Positions 17,701-25,594 of a DNA stretch of 64,000 nt are shown piece after piece; position 1 is the stretch's first letter, and each line of letters begins with the position of its first letter. The notes under the pieces were generated by a model. That model had not been told where the DNA came from, did not search any database, and saw only the letters and a list, made by a program, of their open reading frames with translations. The DNA is from Caldilineales bacterium (lineage in GTDB: Bacteria > Chloroflexota > Anaerolineae > JAAEKA01), in the NCBI GenBank assembly GCA_041391245.1, contig JAWKOJ010000004.1:691-64690 (forward strand). The letters are read 5' to 3'. The translations under genes were made by a program, and so were the position numbers.

Positions 17701-18911
17701 CCGATGTGTTGACCAACACCATGGCGCAGGCCTTGCAGCGGGCCGAGTCTTCGAGGACACGCCGGACCGCGCTGAGCCCTGGCGTGGAGGCCGGCCAACT
17801 CGACGTTGCGATGCGGACGTCGGCGGTGCAGGTCCGCGACACGGATCACACCGTCCAGTTGTCCGATGATCGGCTGGAGCAGGGCATCTTGCAGGCATGT
17901 ACAGCCGTGTTTGGCGACCGGCCGGCCGGCGACGGTCGCATCCCGGACGTGGCGGAGTTTCCGTTTGTCGAGGCCTATCTGGCAGCGGAGTTGGCACGCT
18001 CGACGGGCCGAAGGTTTTCGACGGCCTCGATGATAGGGAAGCCTGCCGTCAGCCGGCTGGCCAGCCGGGCGGCCGACGACGGGAACCCTGCCGCTTCGGG
18101 CACGCTGGTGCCACTGAAACCGGCCGGCGCGCGGTCTCCGCTCTTCCTCGTGCCTGACATCGATCAGACGGCCGCCAGCCTGGTGAAGTTGGCCGGTCTG
18201 CTGGATGTGGGGCAACCCTGCTTTGGCTTTCAGCCGCCCGGCCTCGAGCCGGGTCAGCGACCCTTCGCCAGCATTGAGGAGATGGCAGCCGCTTTTGTGG
18301 ATGACATGCGACGGGTTCAGCCCCATGGTCCCTACGCTTTGGGCGGGATTGGCTTTGGCGGCATTGTGGCCTTCGAGATGGCGCAGCAGTTGGCGGCGAC
18401 TGGCGAGATTGTCTCACTGTTGGCCGTGCTGGATACCCTGGTGCCGCCCAACGCCACGCTGCACTACTGGTATCCACCGGCTTCCGTGGGTGCAAAGGGG
18501 CCCGCGCCGCGCTGGTTGGTGCAGCGAGCCATTGGTCGCCTGGTGTATCAGATACAGCGGCGTCAGCAGCGCGGCAGCATTCCGCGCCGCGCCCGGTCGC
18601 AGATGAGCTGGCCGCGCAGGTTTGGTCAGCGCTTCAGCCCTGCCACGCGCCGTATTCAGGCGATGTTGACGGCCCATTTTGAGGCGCGCTTGCGCTACCA
18701 ACCGCAGGTCTACCCCGGCAGGATTACCCTGTTCTCCAACGCCAAACACACCGGCGCGCATCAGGTCAAGTGGGCGCTGCTGACCGAGGTGGGCATGGAG
18801 ATCGAGGTGATTCCGGGCGATCACCGGTCCATCTTCAGACAGCCCGGCATCGCGGAGCTGGCCCACCGGCTGTCGATGCACCTGGAGCAGGCGCAGGCAG
18901 GGCCAGTCTGA
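11715..18911 (+). CDS. Type I PKS: (FAAL C-terminus)-ACP-KS-AT-KR-ACP-TE(Cys)-ACP-like-TE(Gly)
   Basis: - ACP1 'YGFDSVAAV' (Ser codon 12105..12107).
- KS 'DTACSSSL' (Cys 12801..12803), 'HGTGTPLGD', 'KSNIGHLEAAAG'.
- AT 'GHSMGE' (Ser 14148..14150), 'FSSH' (14448..14459).
- KR 'YLLTGGLGELG' and 'GHYAAANHF'; no DH or ER.
- ACP2 'LGLDSIMAME' (Ser 16671..16673).
- Two thioesterase folds follow. Confidence 0.9.
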   Translation: MAGEHELQLCAVTLTMPGQMPNTSSGKIQRQAARAMFLADEFKTLGRWIEPEHEPNQGDLSPEPALGGLSPEPARAGLRPSPAEIAPIDHQDSRDFHAIRDWLVARIVAQVKVPPSQIDVREPLDRYGFDSVAAVAITGELGDWLGRTLSPTLFYEFPTVEAVARHLADQAVVALPDDTPPGASLISPGGGQEPVAIIGIGVRFPGANGPQAFWELLRDGIDAITEVPPDRWDGRAYYDPNPAAPGKMNTRWGGFLEQVDQFDAAFFGITPREAARMDPQQRLLMEVAWEALEDAGQAPARLAGQRIGVFVGISSFDYGLLQLGDNSLSDAYAGTGSALSIAANRLSYFFDWRGPSMAVDTACSSSLVAVHLACQNLRLGECDMALAAGVNLLLSPAMTVNFAKAGFMASDGRCKPFDASADGYVRSEGAGVVLLKPLSRALADGDPVYAVVRGSATNQDGRSNGLTAPNPQSQIDVLRRAYRQAGVSPGDVHYVETHGTGTPLGDPIEAQALGAVLGAGRPAGQPAAIGSVKSNIGHLEAAAGIAGLIKVALALRHGQLPPSLHFREPNPLIPFEDLALRVQQTLSDWPVEPSAALAGVSAFGFGGANAHLVVQGPPARRPRLGAAASRAQVIPLSARSPEALRDLALAYRGYLHAAPSGRFGDVAYTAGVRRNHHDHRLALVADTADQAVSRLDAFLAGRNAKGLEFGRRPRQRAARVVFVFCGQGSHWWAMGRQLLAEEPVFRRTVERCDALLRPLAGWSLLAELTADEADSRLDYTTYAQPAIFAVQLALVELWSTWGITPDAVVGHSMGEVAAAVAAGILDLPDALRIVYHRGRLMEQARGTGRLVVVELSPAEAELAVAGLDDRIGVAVVNSPNSVLLGGETETLETLVGSLQRRGVHCQYLSLDFSSHNPQMDPYLAEMAGSVGEVVLRPAALPLISTVTGQPVGDTLLDAGYWARNIREPVQFAQAMEYLLQDGYDTFLEIGPHPVLAPAIMQNMLHHGVRGTVLPSLRLNRDDRNVMLRSLAALYAGGRDPDWSALAEPDARPVRLPTYPWQRERYWVEDSRPAGPQPAPRPVPINDRATRPAAGGDDNLVYELGWIPRQLAGNGSQVPPRDGAGRWLIFADRGGVGQAVAGRLRMEGDRCTLVFAGAEFAQSGADHFRVDPARPKHFSQLLNAVFADDKASWRGVLHFWALDAGSPESDDSALVDAQTLGCGSVLHLVQALVADHSPTSLPLWLVTRGVQPVDAAPSAESLAQSPLWGLGRVVALEHPELWGGLIDLEPGAMRVDAEDFLNAIRHADGEDQLVLRGRRTYVARLLRAEAVSGEHATGRIRPDATYLLTGGLGELGLEAARWLVDRGATSLALLGRTPLTPGSKAAAAVRALEEKGASVATLAADVGDRAQMTAVFGQIAATLPPLRGIVHGAGVLENRSLAELSLESLHATMRPKVAGTWVLQQLAGELDLDFFLLFSSMTAVLGWRYAGHYAAANHFLDTFAHYRRGAGRLATSINWGPWGEVGMVRRGQLEESFTRMGIAPLPPAAGLTQLQKLVAAAPTQAAVIDANWERFDALYQSIRPTRLLTQLDPSPATNHTASDQTVVERLSAASFTQWQDILAVFLRRKVAHVLRVDPDQVPGDLSVVELGLDSIMAMEVTWACNEELSVRLMLREVFEQPSLTALAGTLAEKLAEMPSMRVNGNGSATRWDDSAANPPPHVNGMAGRPAAEIKPATPPDALTSLVPLRARGTRTPLFLVPPGASTVLSFGALVQCLDADQPVYGLEPLGMDGRHPPQWRVEDMASHYINEIMTVQPRGPYLLGGRCFGGLVALEMAQQLRAQGQRVAMLAILDTLQPPKPSWLRDQSPEGQEEDSSLVRRMAGRWVRNTYRLWKRLTITDAFTLYTLRQVLPEDRFPNILSAEARHIRNTARAHYQANELYLPRLYEGRLTLFSNAGHNGSHQLNWAALTSQAVDIHVVPGNHLTMFKEPYVRVLADVLTNTMAQALQRAESSRTRRTALSPGVEAGQLDVAMRTSAVQVRDTDHTVQLSDDRLEQGILQACTAVFGDRPAGDGRIPDVAEFPFVEAYLAAELARSTGRRFSTASMIGKPAVSRLASRAADDGNPAASGTLVPLKPAGARSPLFLVPDIDQTAASLVKLAGLLDVGQPCFGFQPPGLEPGQRPFASIEEMAAAFVDDMRRVQPHGPYALGGIGFGGIVAFEMAQQLAATGEIVSLLAVLDTLVPPNATLHYWYPPASVGAKGPAPRWLVQRAIGRLVYQIQRRQQRGSIPRRARSQMSWPRRFGQRFSPATRRIQAMLTAHFEARLRYQPQVYPGRITLFSNAKHTGAHQVKWALLTEVGMEIEVIPGDHRSIFRQPGIAELAHRLSMHLEQAQAGPV
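11892..11937. repeat. 27-bp-period direct duplication in the FAAL-ACP linker
   Basis: ctttcgcctgagcctgctc occurs at 11892..11910 and again at 11919..11937, encoding 'LSPEPALGG LSPEPARAG'. Confidence 0.7.
16944..17745 (+). other. Thioesterase domain with Cys at the nucleophile elbow (GxCxG)
   Basis: 'RTPLFLVPPGAS'; 'QPRGPYLLGGRCFGGLVALEMAQQL' (TGT codon at 17190..17192); 'AILDT'; 'VVPGNHLTMF' (His codon 17661..17663). Confidence 0.75.
17874..18908 (+). other. Degenerate carrier-like segment plus second thioesterase fold with Gly at the nucleophile position
   Basis: 17874..18080 has carrier-protein spacing but 'FPFVEAYLAAEL' where GxDS(L/I) is expected. The TE fold from 18105 has 'RSPLFLVPD', 'QPHGPYALGGIGFGGIVAFEMAQQL' (GGC codon at 18351..18353) and 'VIPGDHRSIF'. 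Confidence 0.65.
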
Positions 18912-19062
18912 GAAAATCGTGTGATTTCCGTTGGTTGATATCCGTGCATATTGTGTGTTTCGTGGATCAACTGCGATGAAGGCTGCCCAGCATGAGCTAC
19001 AAAGAGCGACAAAATCGCTCACTTTCCACTGTTCTGTAGCCTAGAGAATGGAGATGTCTTAC

Positions 19063-19092
19063 TTGCATGATCCCACAGATGTGTGTTACACT
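19063..19092 (+). promoter_or_regulatory. Candidate promoter with extended -10 upstream of the ER-KS-AT-KR gene
   Basis: TTGCAT (19063..19068), 18-nt spacer, TGtTACACT (-10 hexamer at 19087..19092). Implies a ~260-nt leader. Pattern match only. Confidence 0.3.
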
Positions 19093-19354
19093 AGTTTTCG
19101 AACGAGTAAGCCAACGCAATAGACGCAGCGATCGAAGTAGTCAACGCGGGGATGGCAACTTCAGTCTTTTCGCTGTTGCCCGTTTGTTGCCTGTGCCACG
19201 GGCGAGTTCTTGCCGGTCAACCCTTCGGCGCCTTTCCTGATCCATGTTTTGCGAATGCAGCCGGATGTTGGGCCGGTTGTGCGTTCAAAGCACTGCCACT
19301 ACCGATGCCTGACTTGGGTCGCGATTGACCGCGACCGTTGTAGAAGACCATCAT

Positions 19355-22300
19355 ATGACGGACACACTTCAATCTATCGTCGTTACGCCTGTCGGCCAGT
19401 TGGAGCCTGCGCTGGCAATTGCCGCGACCCGCGCCGGCGCGTTGGGCTGCCTTGACCTTGAGTTCGCCGTCGACAATAGCGCTGCGCGCCGGGCTGTCAG
19501 GCGACTGGAGCAGCACGCCGGCGGACCGTATGGTGTCAAGGCCAGCTATCGCCAGACTGAACTTCTGGCGGCCTTGGACGATGGTTCTCTGCCGCGTTTG
19601 ACGTTTGTGCTACTCTCGGCTGACGGCGAGATCGATCGCGACGCGCTTCAGCGGCATGTGGAGGCAGCCCGCAGCCGCGGCCTGCGCGTGTTGCTCCAGG
19701 TCAGCGACATCCTCCTGGCTCAGACAGGTGAAGGCCTGGGAGTGGACGGCGTGGTGGCCAAGGGGCACGAGAGCGGCGGCTTCGTCGGCGAAGAGACGAC
19801 GTTCGTTCTGCTGCAGCGTTGCCTGATGCACCTGTCGTTGCCCGTCTTCGCCCATGGTGGAATCGGCCTGCACACCGCGGCTGCCTGTTACGCGGCCGGC
19901 GCGGCCGGCATCGTTCTCGACGCGCAGCTGGCGCTGGCCAAGGAGTCTCAACTGCCTGAAGCCGTCAAGGACGCCGTCGCATCCATGGACGGCAGTGAGA
20001 CCGTTTGTCTGGGCGCCGAGCTGGGGCAGGCCGTTCGTCTGTACAGGCGTCCACACACGGTGGCGACGAGACAGTTGGCGGAGACCGCATCTGCGCTGGA
20101 TAGTGAGGCGCAGAGCGACCGGCAGCAGGCCTGGCTGGACGCGGTAGAGAGCCGCATCGGCTGGGGCGATCTGGAGCAGCAGGCGTGGCCGTTGGGTCAG
20201 GACGCCGCCTTTGCACGCGCGCTGGCGGAACGCTATCACACCGTCGGCGGCATCTTGCAGGCCTATCGCGACAGCGTTGCCAGCCACATCGAGGCAGCGG
20301 CGCTCAGCCAGCCGCTGGATGCCGGTTCAGCGCTCGCGCAGTCCCACGGCACCCGTTATCCCATCGTTCAAGGACCTATGACGCGGGTCAGCGACACAGC
20401 CCGCTTTGCGTTCGACGTGGCCGAGGCTGGCGGACTGCCGTTCCTGGCGCTGGCGCTGATGCGCAAGGAGCAGGCCATGCCGGTGCTGGAGGAGACGAAA
20501 CACCTGTTGGGCGACCGTCCCTGGGGCGTGGGCATTCTGGGGTTCGTGCCGGCTGCCATACGCTCGCAGCAGCTTGAGGCCATTGCGGCGGTCGGACCCG
20601 ATTTTGCGATCATCGCCGGTGGCCGGCCCGATCAGGCCAAGACGCTGGAGAAGCAGGGCATCGCAACCTATCTGCACGTGCCGTCGCCCGCGCTGCTGCG
20701 GCTGTTCCTGGACGACGGCGCCAAGCGCTTCATCTTCGAGGGGCGCGAGTGCGGCGGACACGTTGGGCCGCGCGCCAGCTTCGTGCTCTGGAACGCCATG
20801 ATCGACGCGCTGCTGGCCCATTTCGACACCACCGGCGCCGATCCCGCAGCGTATCATATCCTTTTCGCTGGCGGGGTCCACGACTCGTTGTCGGCGCTGA
20901 TGGTGGCCAGCCTGGCCGGCCCGCTGGCCGAGCGAGGCGTGCGGATCGGCGTCCTCATGGGAACCGCCTATCTCTTCACCCACGAGGCGGTGACATCGGG
21001 CGCCATCACAGCACGCTACCAGCAGGAGGCTGTGCGCAGCAGGCAGACCGTGCTGGTCGAGTCGGGCGTCGGCCACATGACGCGCTGCCTGCCAACCCCC
21101 TTCGTCGAGGCGTTTGCGCAGCGCAAGCGCACCCTCGTTCAGGAAGGCGCGGACGGCGACCGTTTACGCCAGGAGCTGGAGGACCTGAACATTGGCCGCC
21201 TGCGCATGGCCAGCAAGGGGATCAACCGCAACCCTGACGCCCGCACCCAGCCCGGCGCTCCCGCCTACATCACGCTGGACGAGCAGGAACAATACCAGCA
21301 GGGCATGTACATGATCGGCCAGGTGGCGGGGCTGCGGGATGAGGTCTGCTCGCTGGAGGAGCTGCACCGGGAGGTGTCAGTGGCTGGCGCGCGGCGGCTG
21401 GCGAGCCTGGCTGCCACCCAGCAGCCTGCATCAACGGAGGCGCTCCTGCCGCCGCCGGCGCGTGTTGCCATCATCGGCATCGCCACTGTACTGCCTGGCG
21501 CCGCCGACTTGCAGACCTACTGGGAAAACATCCTTGACAAGGTCGATGCCATCAGCGAGATACCGGTCGAGCGCTTCGACTGGCGGCGCTACTACGATCC
21601 CGACAAGAGCGCCCGCGACAAGATCTACTCGCGCTGGGGCGGGTTCATCGACGATGTGCCGCTCAACCCGCTGGACTACGGCATGCCGCCCAACTCGATC
21701 CCCTCCATCGAGCCGATGCAACTGCTGATGCTGGAGGTCGTGCGCGCCGCGCTCAAGGACGCCGGCTATCTCGACCGCCCCTTTGCCCGCGAGCGGACTT
21801 CCGTGACAATGGCGGTCGGCGGCGGCCTGGGCGACCTGGGATTCAACTACGGCGTGCGCTCCTACTTGCCGCATTACCTGTCAGCCGCCTCTCAGGAGGT
21901 CATTGACAGGCTGGACGACGCTCTGCCGGAGTGGACCGAGGACTCGTTCCCCGGCATCCTGCTCAACGTGCTGGCCGGGCGGATCGCCAACCGCTTCAAC
22001 CTCAACGGACCGAATCTCGTCGTGGACGCCGCCTGCGGCTCGTCGCTGGCCGCACTCGATATCGCGGTCAAGGACCTGCAGACCCACCGAACCGACGTTG
22101 CCATCGTCGGCGGCGCCGACACGGTGCAAAGCCCATTCGGCTTCCTGGCTTTCAGCAAGACCCAGGCGCTGTCGCCGCGCGGCCGCTGCCGCCCCTTCGA
22201 CGTCGAGGCGGACGGAATCGCCATCAGCGAAGGGCTGGCAGTGGTGGTGCTGAAGCGTCTTGAGGACGCCGAGCGCGATGGCGACCGCATCTACGCGGTC

Positions 22301-25300
22301 ATCCAGGGTGTCGGTGCATCCAGCGACGGCCGCGACCGCAGCCTGACCGCGCCCCGGCCGCTGGGCCAGTTGCTGGCGCTGCGGCGAGCTTACGGCCAGG
22401 CTGGTTTCGACCCGGCGACGCTGAGTCTGATCGAGGCTCACGGCACCGGCACCCGGCTGGGCGACCAGGTCGAAGCCGAGGCGCTGGCGACTCTCTTCCA
22501 GGAATCGGGACTGGATCGACCGACCTGCGCAGTGGGTTCGGTCAAGTCGATGATCGGACACACCAAGAGCACGGCCGGGCTGGCCGGGATGATCAAGGTC
22601 GCCCTGGGTTTGTATCACAAGGTGCTTCCGCCGACGTTGGTGGACACGCCCAACCCCGACATCAGCCTCAACGGCAGCCCGATCTATGTCAACAGCGAGC
22701 CGCGTCCGTGGCTGCGACCTGACGACCGCGCGGCCCGGCGGGCAGGCGTCAGCGCGTTCGGCTTCGGCGGCACCAACTTCCACGCCGCGCTGGAGGAGTA
22801 CCGCGGCGACTATCTGCCGCGCAGCGCCAGCCGCCACACCTGGTCTGAGGAGATCGTTGTCCTGCGGGCAACCGATCGCGAGGGGTTGCTGGACGAGATC
22901 GACCGGCTGGCGGGCTGGCTGGAGGCCGGCAACACGCCGCCGCTGCGCCACCTGGCCTACACCATGGCTCGCCGCGCGCGCCGTGTTCGACAAGAGTCGG
23001 CGCTGACCCTGTCGTTGGTCGCCAGTTCGCTGGTGGATCTGCGCCAGATGTTGGCCATGGCCAGAAGCGAACTGCACGCGGGCGCCGACTTGATCCTGAA
23101 CCCGCAAGGAATCTACTTCGCCGACGAACCGCTGGGGCGAGCCGGCAAGGTGGCGTTCCTGTACCCCGGCCAGGGGTCACAGTACCCTAACATGCTGGCC
23201 GATCTGGTCATGCAGTTTCCGCATGTGGGTGAGCCGTTTGAGCGCGCCAATAGCCAGCTTGCCGGCAAACTGAAGCGGCCATTGGGCGAATACGTATACC
23301 CTGTTCCAGCCTACGACGACGACACGGCCAGCCGGCAGCGGGCTGAGTTGACCGACACGCGCATTGCGCAGCCGGCCCTGGGCGCAGCCGGGCTGGCGGT
23401 CAGCCGCTTCCTGGCGGCCGTGGGGCTGCAGCCCGACTTCGTTGCCGGGCACAGCTACGGCGAGCTGGTGGCCCTGTGCCAGGCGGGCGTCTTCGACGAG
23501 GACACGCTGTATGCGGTCTCGCTGGCCCGCGGGCAGTTCATGGCCGAGGCCACGGGCCCGGACTCCGGCACCATGGCGGCCGTCATCGCCGATCGGACCG
23601 TCGTCGAGGAGGTCATGCGCGGCTTGTCCGATGTGACGATCGCCAACCTCAACTCGCCGCGCCAGACGGTGATTTCCGGCCCGACGGCGGCTGTCGAACG
23701 CGCGGTCGAGGTGTTCATCCAGCGCGGCATCCAGGCCCGGCGCATTCCCGTTGCCTGCGCGTTCCACTCGCCGCTGGTCGAGCCGGCCCAGCAGCGGCTG
23801 GCCGAGTACCTGGAGGCTGTCGAGTTTCACCCGCCGCAGGTAGGTGTCTATTCCAACAGCCTGGGCGGCCCGTATCCCGACGATCCGGCGCAGATTCGTG
23901 ATGTCCTGTCGCGGCAACTGGCGCAGCCGGTGCGTTTCACCGAGGAGATCGAGGCGATGTACGCGGCCGGCGCGCGCATTTTCGTGGAGACCGGACCGCG
24001 CAGCGTGCTGACCGGGTTGGTGCACCAGATCCTGGGCAATCTGCCCCACCTGGCTGTGGCGGTCGACTCGGGCGGCCGCGGCTTATCGGCCGTCCAGCGG
24101 GCGCTGGCGCAGGTGATCGCCATCGGCGCAGACATCGACCTCAGCGTGCTCTACGAAGGCCGAGATGTGCAGGAGATCAGCCTCAACGCGCCCTACGCGG
24201 ATCCCGCCAGGGCAGCCTACGGTCCGACGACCTGGCTGGTCAACGGCGGGCGGGCGCGCCGCTGGCTCGATGTGGAGCGAGGGCTGCCGGAGCCGGTCGT
24301 CAAACCCCTCGACGTTGCGCTGGCGGCGAGTGCTGTGCCTGATCAGCCCGGCGTCTCTGCTGGGCAGCGCGAGCAGGTTGCCGAACCGCCGAGACCTGCG
24401 CCCGACCAGCCGCCGATCCCTGCCAAGCAGGTCGCAGCACAGCAGCAGAGCGCGCCGTTGCCGCAGGCCGCCGCTTACGGCGACGCGGCCCAGGTGATGG
24501 TCCAGACCCAGGAGTTAATGGCTCGTTTCCTGCAGATGCAGGCCAACGTGATGAGCAGTTATCTGGACGACGCTCCTCTGGCGCCTGCTCCTATCCTGCC
24601 TGGTGTTCCGGGTGGACAGACGGAGGTCACGCCGCCGGCTACGGAGCCGTTGCAGGCGGAGCCGGCGGCCGTGCTGAAGCGCCAGCCGCGGCTGCCCACG
24701 AGCCAGCCGGTCGCCGCCCCGTCGCCCATCCTGCGCTTCACGCTGGCCGCCGACCGGGCGCCGGTGATCAACGCAACGGCCGGCCTTGCGCCGGGCCGCG
24801 CGGTGCTGATTGCAGCCGACGCTTACGGCGTGGCGGACCAGGTGGCGGCGGCCCTGCGCGAGCAGGGTTACGACGCGGTGATAGTCCGTAACCGCCCGGC
24901 CAAGCATTCGAACGGCGCCAACGGGGCCAATGGCTCTGGCAGCAACGGGCGAGCCGCGCACTCAGATGACTGGCACTATGCGGCGACGCTGACGGACGGT
25001 GCAGATGTGAGGGCCGTGCTTTCGGCCGTTCGTCGCGAGCACGGGGCCATCGGCAGTCTGCTGTATCTGGCCGCCCTCAGCCCGGCGCAACCGTTCGCCG
25101 AGATGACGCTCGCCAGGTGGCAGCAACACGTCGAAGCTGATCTGGTCGCCTTCTTCAACCTGCTGCAGGACGTGCAGGCGGACCTGGTTGGCGCGGCCGC
25201 GGCCGGCGGAGCCTGCTTGCTGGCGGCAACGCAGATGGGCGGCGACTTTGCCGTTGGCGCTGAAAGCGCGGGCGACTTCTCGCCCGCGCAGGCCGGCATC

Positions 25301-25594
25301 GCCGGCTTGCTCAAGACGGCCGCGCACGAGTTGCCTGCAGTGCGCGCCAAGGTTGTCGACTTTGGCGCGACCGACGAAGCCAGCGAGCTTGCGCGGGCGA
25401 TTCTGGCCGAAACCGGCGCTGCCGACGGCTTGACAGAGGTCGGCTACCGCGACGGCGTGCGCACGATGATCACGCTGCGCCATGCGCCGGTCGATTCACG
25501 CCTGGCGAACACGGCAATCCTCGACGACCAGTGCGTGGTCCTGGTGACGGGCGGGGCGCGGCATCACGGCCAGCGTTGTGCAGGCGCTGGCTGA
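19355..25594 (+). CDS. PKS subunit: tandem NMO/PfaD-type enoylreductase domains-KS-AT-(KR N-terminal part); frame breaks at ~25556..25561
   Basis: Likely ATG at 19355 ('MTDTLQSIVVTPVGQ').
- ER-a: 'GVVAKGHESGGFVG', 'LPVFAHGGIGL'.
- ER-b from ~20342: 'YPIVQGPMTRVSD', 'EGRECGGHVGPRASF', 'GVLMGTAYLFTHE'.
- KS: 'VDAACGSSL' (Cys 22034..22036), 'HGTGTRLGD', 'KSMIGHTKSTAG'.
- AT: 'FLYPGQGSQYPNM', 'GHSYGE' (Ser 23453..23455), 'CAFH' (23756..23767).
- Pro/Ala linker, then KR 'VVLVTGGAR'.
- No carrier domain found. Confidence 0.88.
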   Translation: MTDTLQSIVVTPVGQLEPALAIAATRAGALGCLDLEFAVDNSAARRAVRRLEQHAGGPYGVKASYRQTELLAALDDGSLPRLTFVLLSADGEIDRDALQRHVEAARSRGLRVLLQVSDILLAQTGEGLGVDGVVAKGHESGGFVGEETTFVLLQRCLMHLSLPVFAHGGIGLHTAAACYAAGAAGIVLDAQLALAKESQLPEAVKDAVASMDGSETVCLGAELGQAVRLYRRPHTVATRQLAETASALDSEAQSDRQQAWLDAVESRIGWGDLEQQAWPLGQDAAFARALAERYHTVGGILQAYRDSVASHIEAAALSQPLDAGSALAQSHGTRYPIVQGPMTRVSDTARFAFDVAEAGGLPFLALALMRKEQAMPVLEETKHLLGDRPWGVGILGFVPAAIRSQQLEAIAAVGPDFAIIAGGRPDQAKTLEKQGIATYLHVPSPALLRLFLDDGAKRFIFEGRECGGHVGPRASFVLWNAMIDALLAHFDTTGADPAAYHILFAGGVHDSLSALMVASLAGPLAERGVRIGVLMGTAYLFTHEAVTSGAITARYQQEAVRSRQTVLVESGVGHMTRCLPTPFVEAFAQRKRTLVQEGADGDRLRQELEDLNIGRLRMASKGINRNPDARTQPGAPAYITLDEQEQYQQGMYMIGQVAGLRDEVCSLEELHREVSVAGARRLASLAATQQPASTEALLPPPARVAIIGIATVLPGAADLQTYWENILDKVDAISEIPVERFDWRRYYDPDKSARDKIYSRWGGFIDDVPLNPLDYGMPPNSIPSIEPMQLLMLEVVRAALKDAGYLDRPFARERTSVTMAVGGGLGDLGFNYGVRSYLPHYLSAASQEVIDRLDDALPEWTEDSFPGILLNVLAGRIANRFNLNGPNLVVDAACGSSLAALDIAVKDLQTHRTDVAIVGGADTVQSPFGFLAFSKTQALSPRGRCRPFDVEADGIAISEGLAVVVLKRLEDAERDGDRIYAVIQGVGASSDGRDRSLTAPRPLGQLLALRRAYGQAGFDPATLSLIEAHGTGTRLGDQVEAEALATLFQESGLDRPTCAVGSVKSMIGHTKSTAGLAGMIKVALGLYHKVLPPTLVDTPNPDISLNGSPIYVNSEPRPWLRPDDRAARRAGVSAFGFGGTNFHAALEEYRGDYLPRSASRHTWSEEIVVLRATDREGLLDEIDRLAGWLEAGNTPPLRHLAYTMARRARRVRQESALTLSLVASSLVDLRQMLAMARSELHAGADLILNPQGIYFADEPLGRAGKVAFLYPGQGSQYPNMLADLVMQFPHVGEPFERANSQLAGKLKRPLGEYVYPVPAYDDDTASRQRAELTDTRIAQPALGAAGLAVSRFLAAVGLQPDFVAGHSYGELVALCQAGVFDEDTLYAVSLARGQFMAEATGPDSGTMAAVIADRTVVEEVMRGLSDVTIANLNSPRQTVISGPTAAVERAVEVFIQRGIQARRIPVACAFHSPLVEPAQQRLAEYLEAVEFHPPQVGVYSNSLGGPYPDDPAQIRDVLSRQLAQPVRFTEEIEAMYAAGARIFVETGPRSVLTGLVHQILGNLPHLAVAVDSGGRGLSAVQRALAQVIAIGADIDLSVLYEGRDVQEISLNAPYADPARAAYGPTTWLVNGGRARRWLDVERGLPEPVVKPLDVALAASAVPDQPGVSAGQREQVAEPPRPAPDQPPIPAKQVAAQQQSAPLPQAAAYGDAAQVMVQTQELMARFLQMQANVMSSYLDDAPLAPAPILPGVPGGQTEVTPPATEPLQAEPAAVLKRQPRLPTSQPVAAPSPILRFTLAADRAPVINATAGLAPGRAVLIAADAYGVADQVAAALREQGYDAVIVRNRPAKHSNGANGANGSGSNGRAAHSDDWHYAATLTDGADVRAVLSAVRREHGAIGSLLYLAALSPAQPFAEMTLARWQQHVEADLVAFFNLLQDVQADLVGAAAAGGACLLAATQMGGDFAVGAESAGDFSPAQAGIAGLLKTAAHELPAVRAKVVDFGATDEASELARAILAETGAADGLTEVGYRDGVRTMITLRHAPVDSRLANTAILDDQCVVLVTGGARHHGQRCAGAG

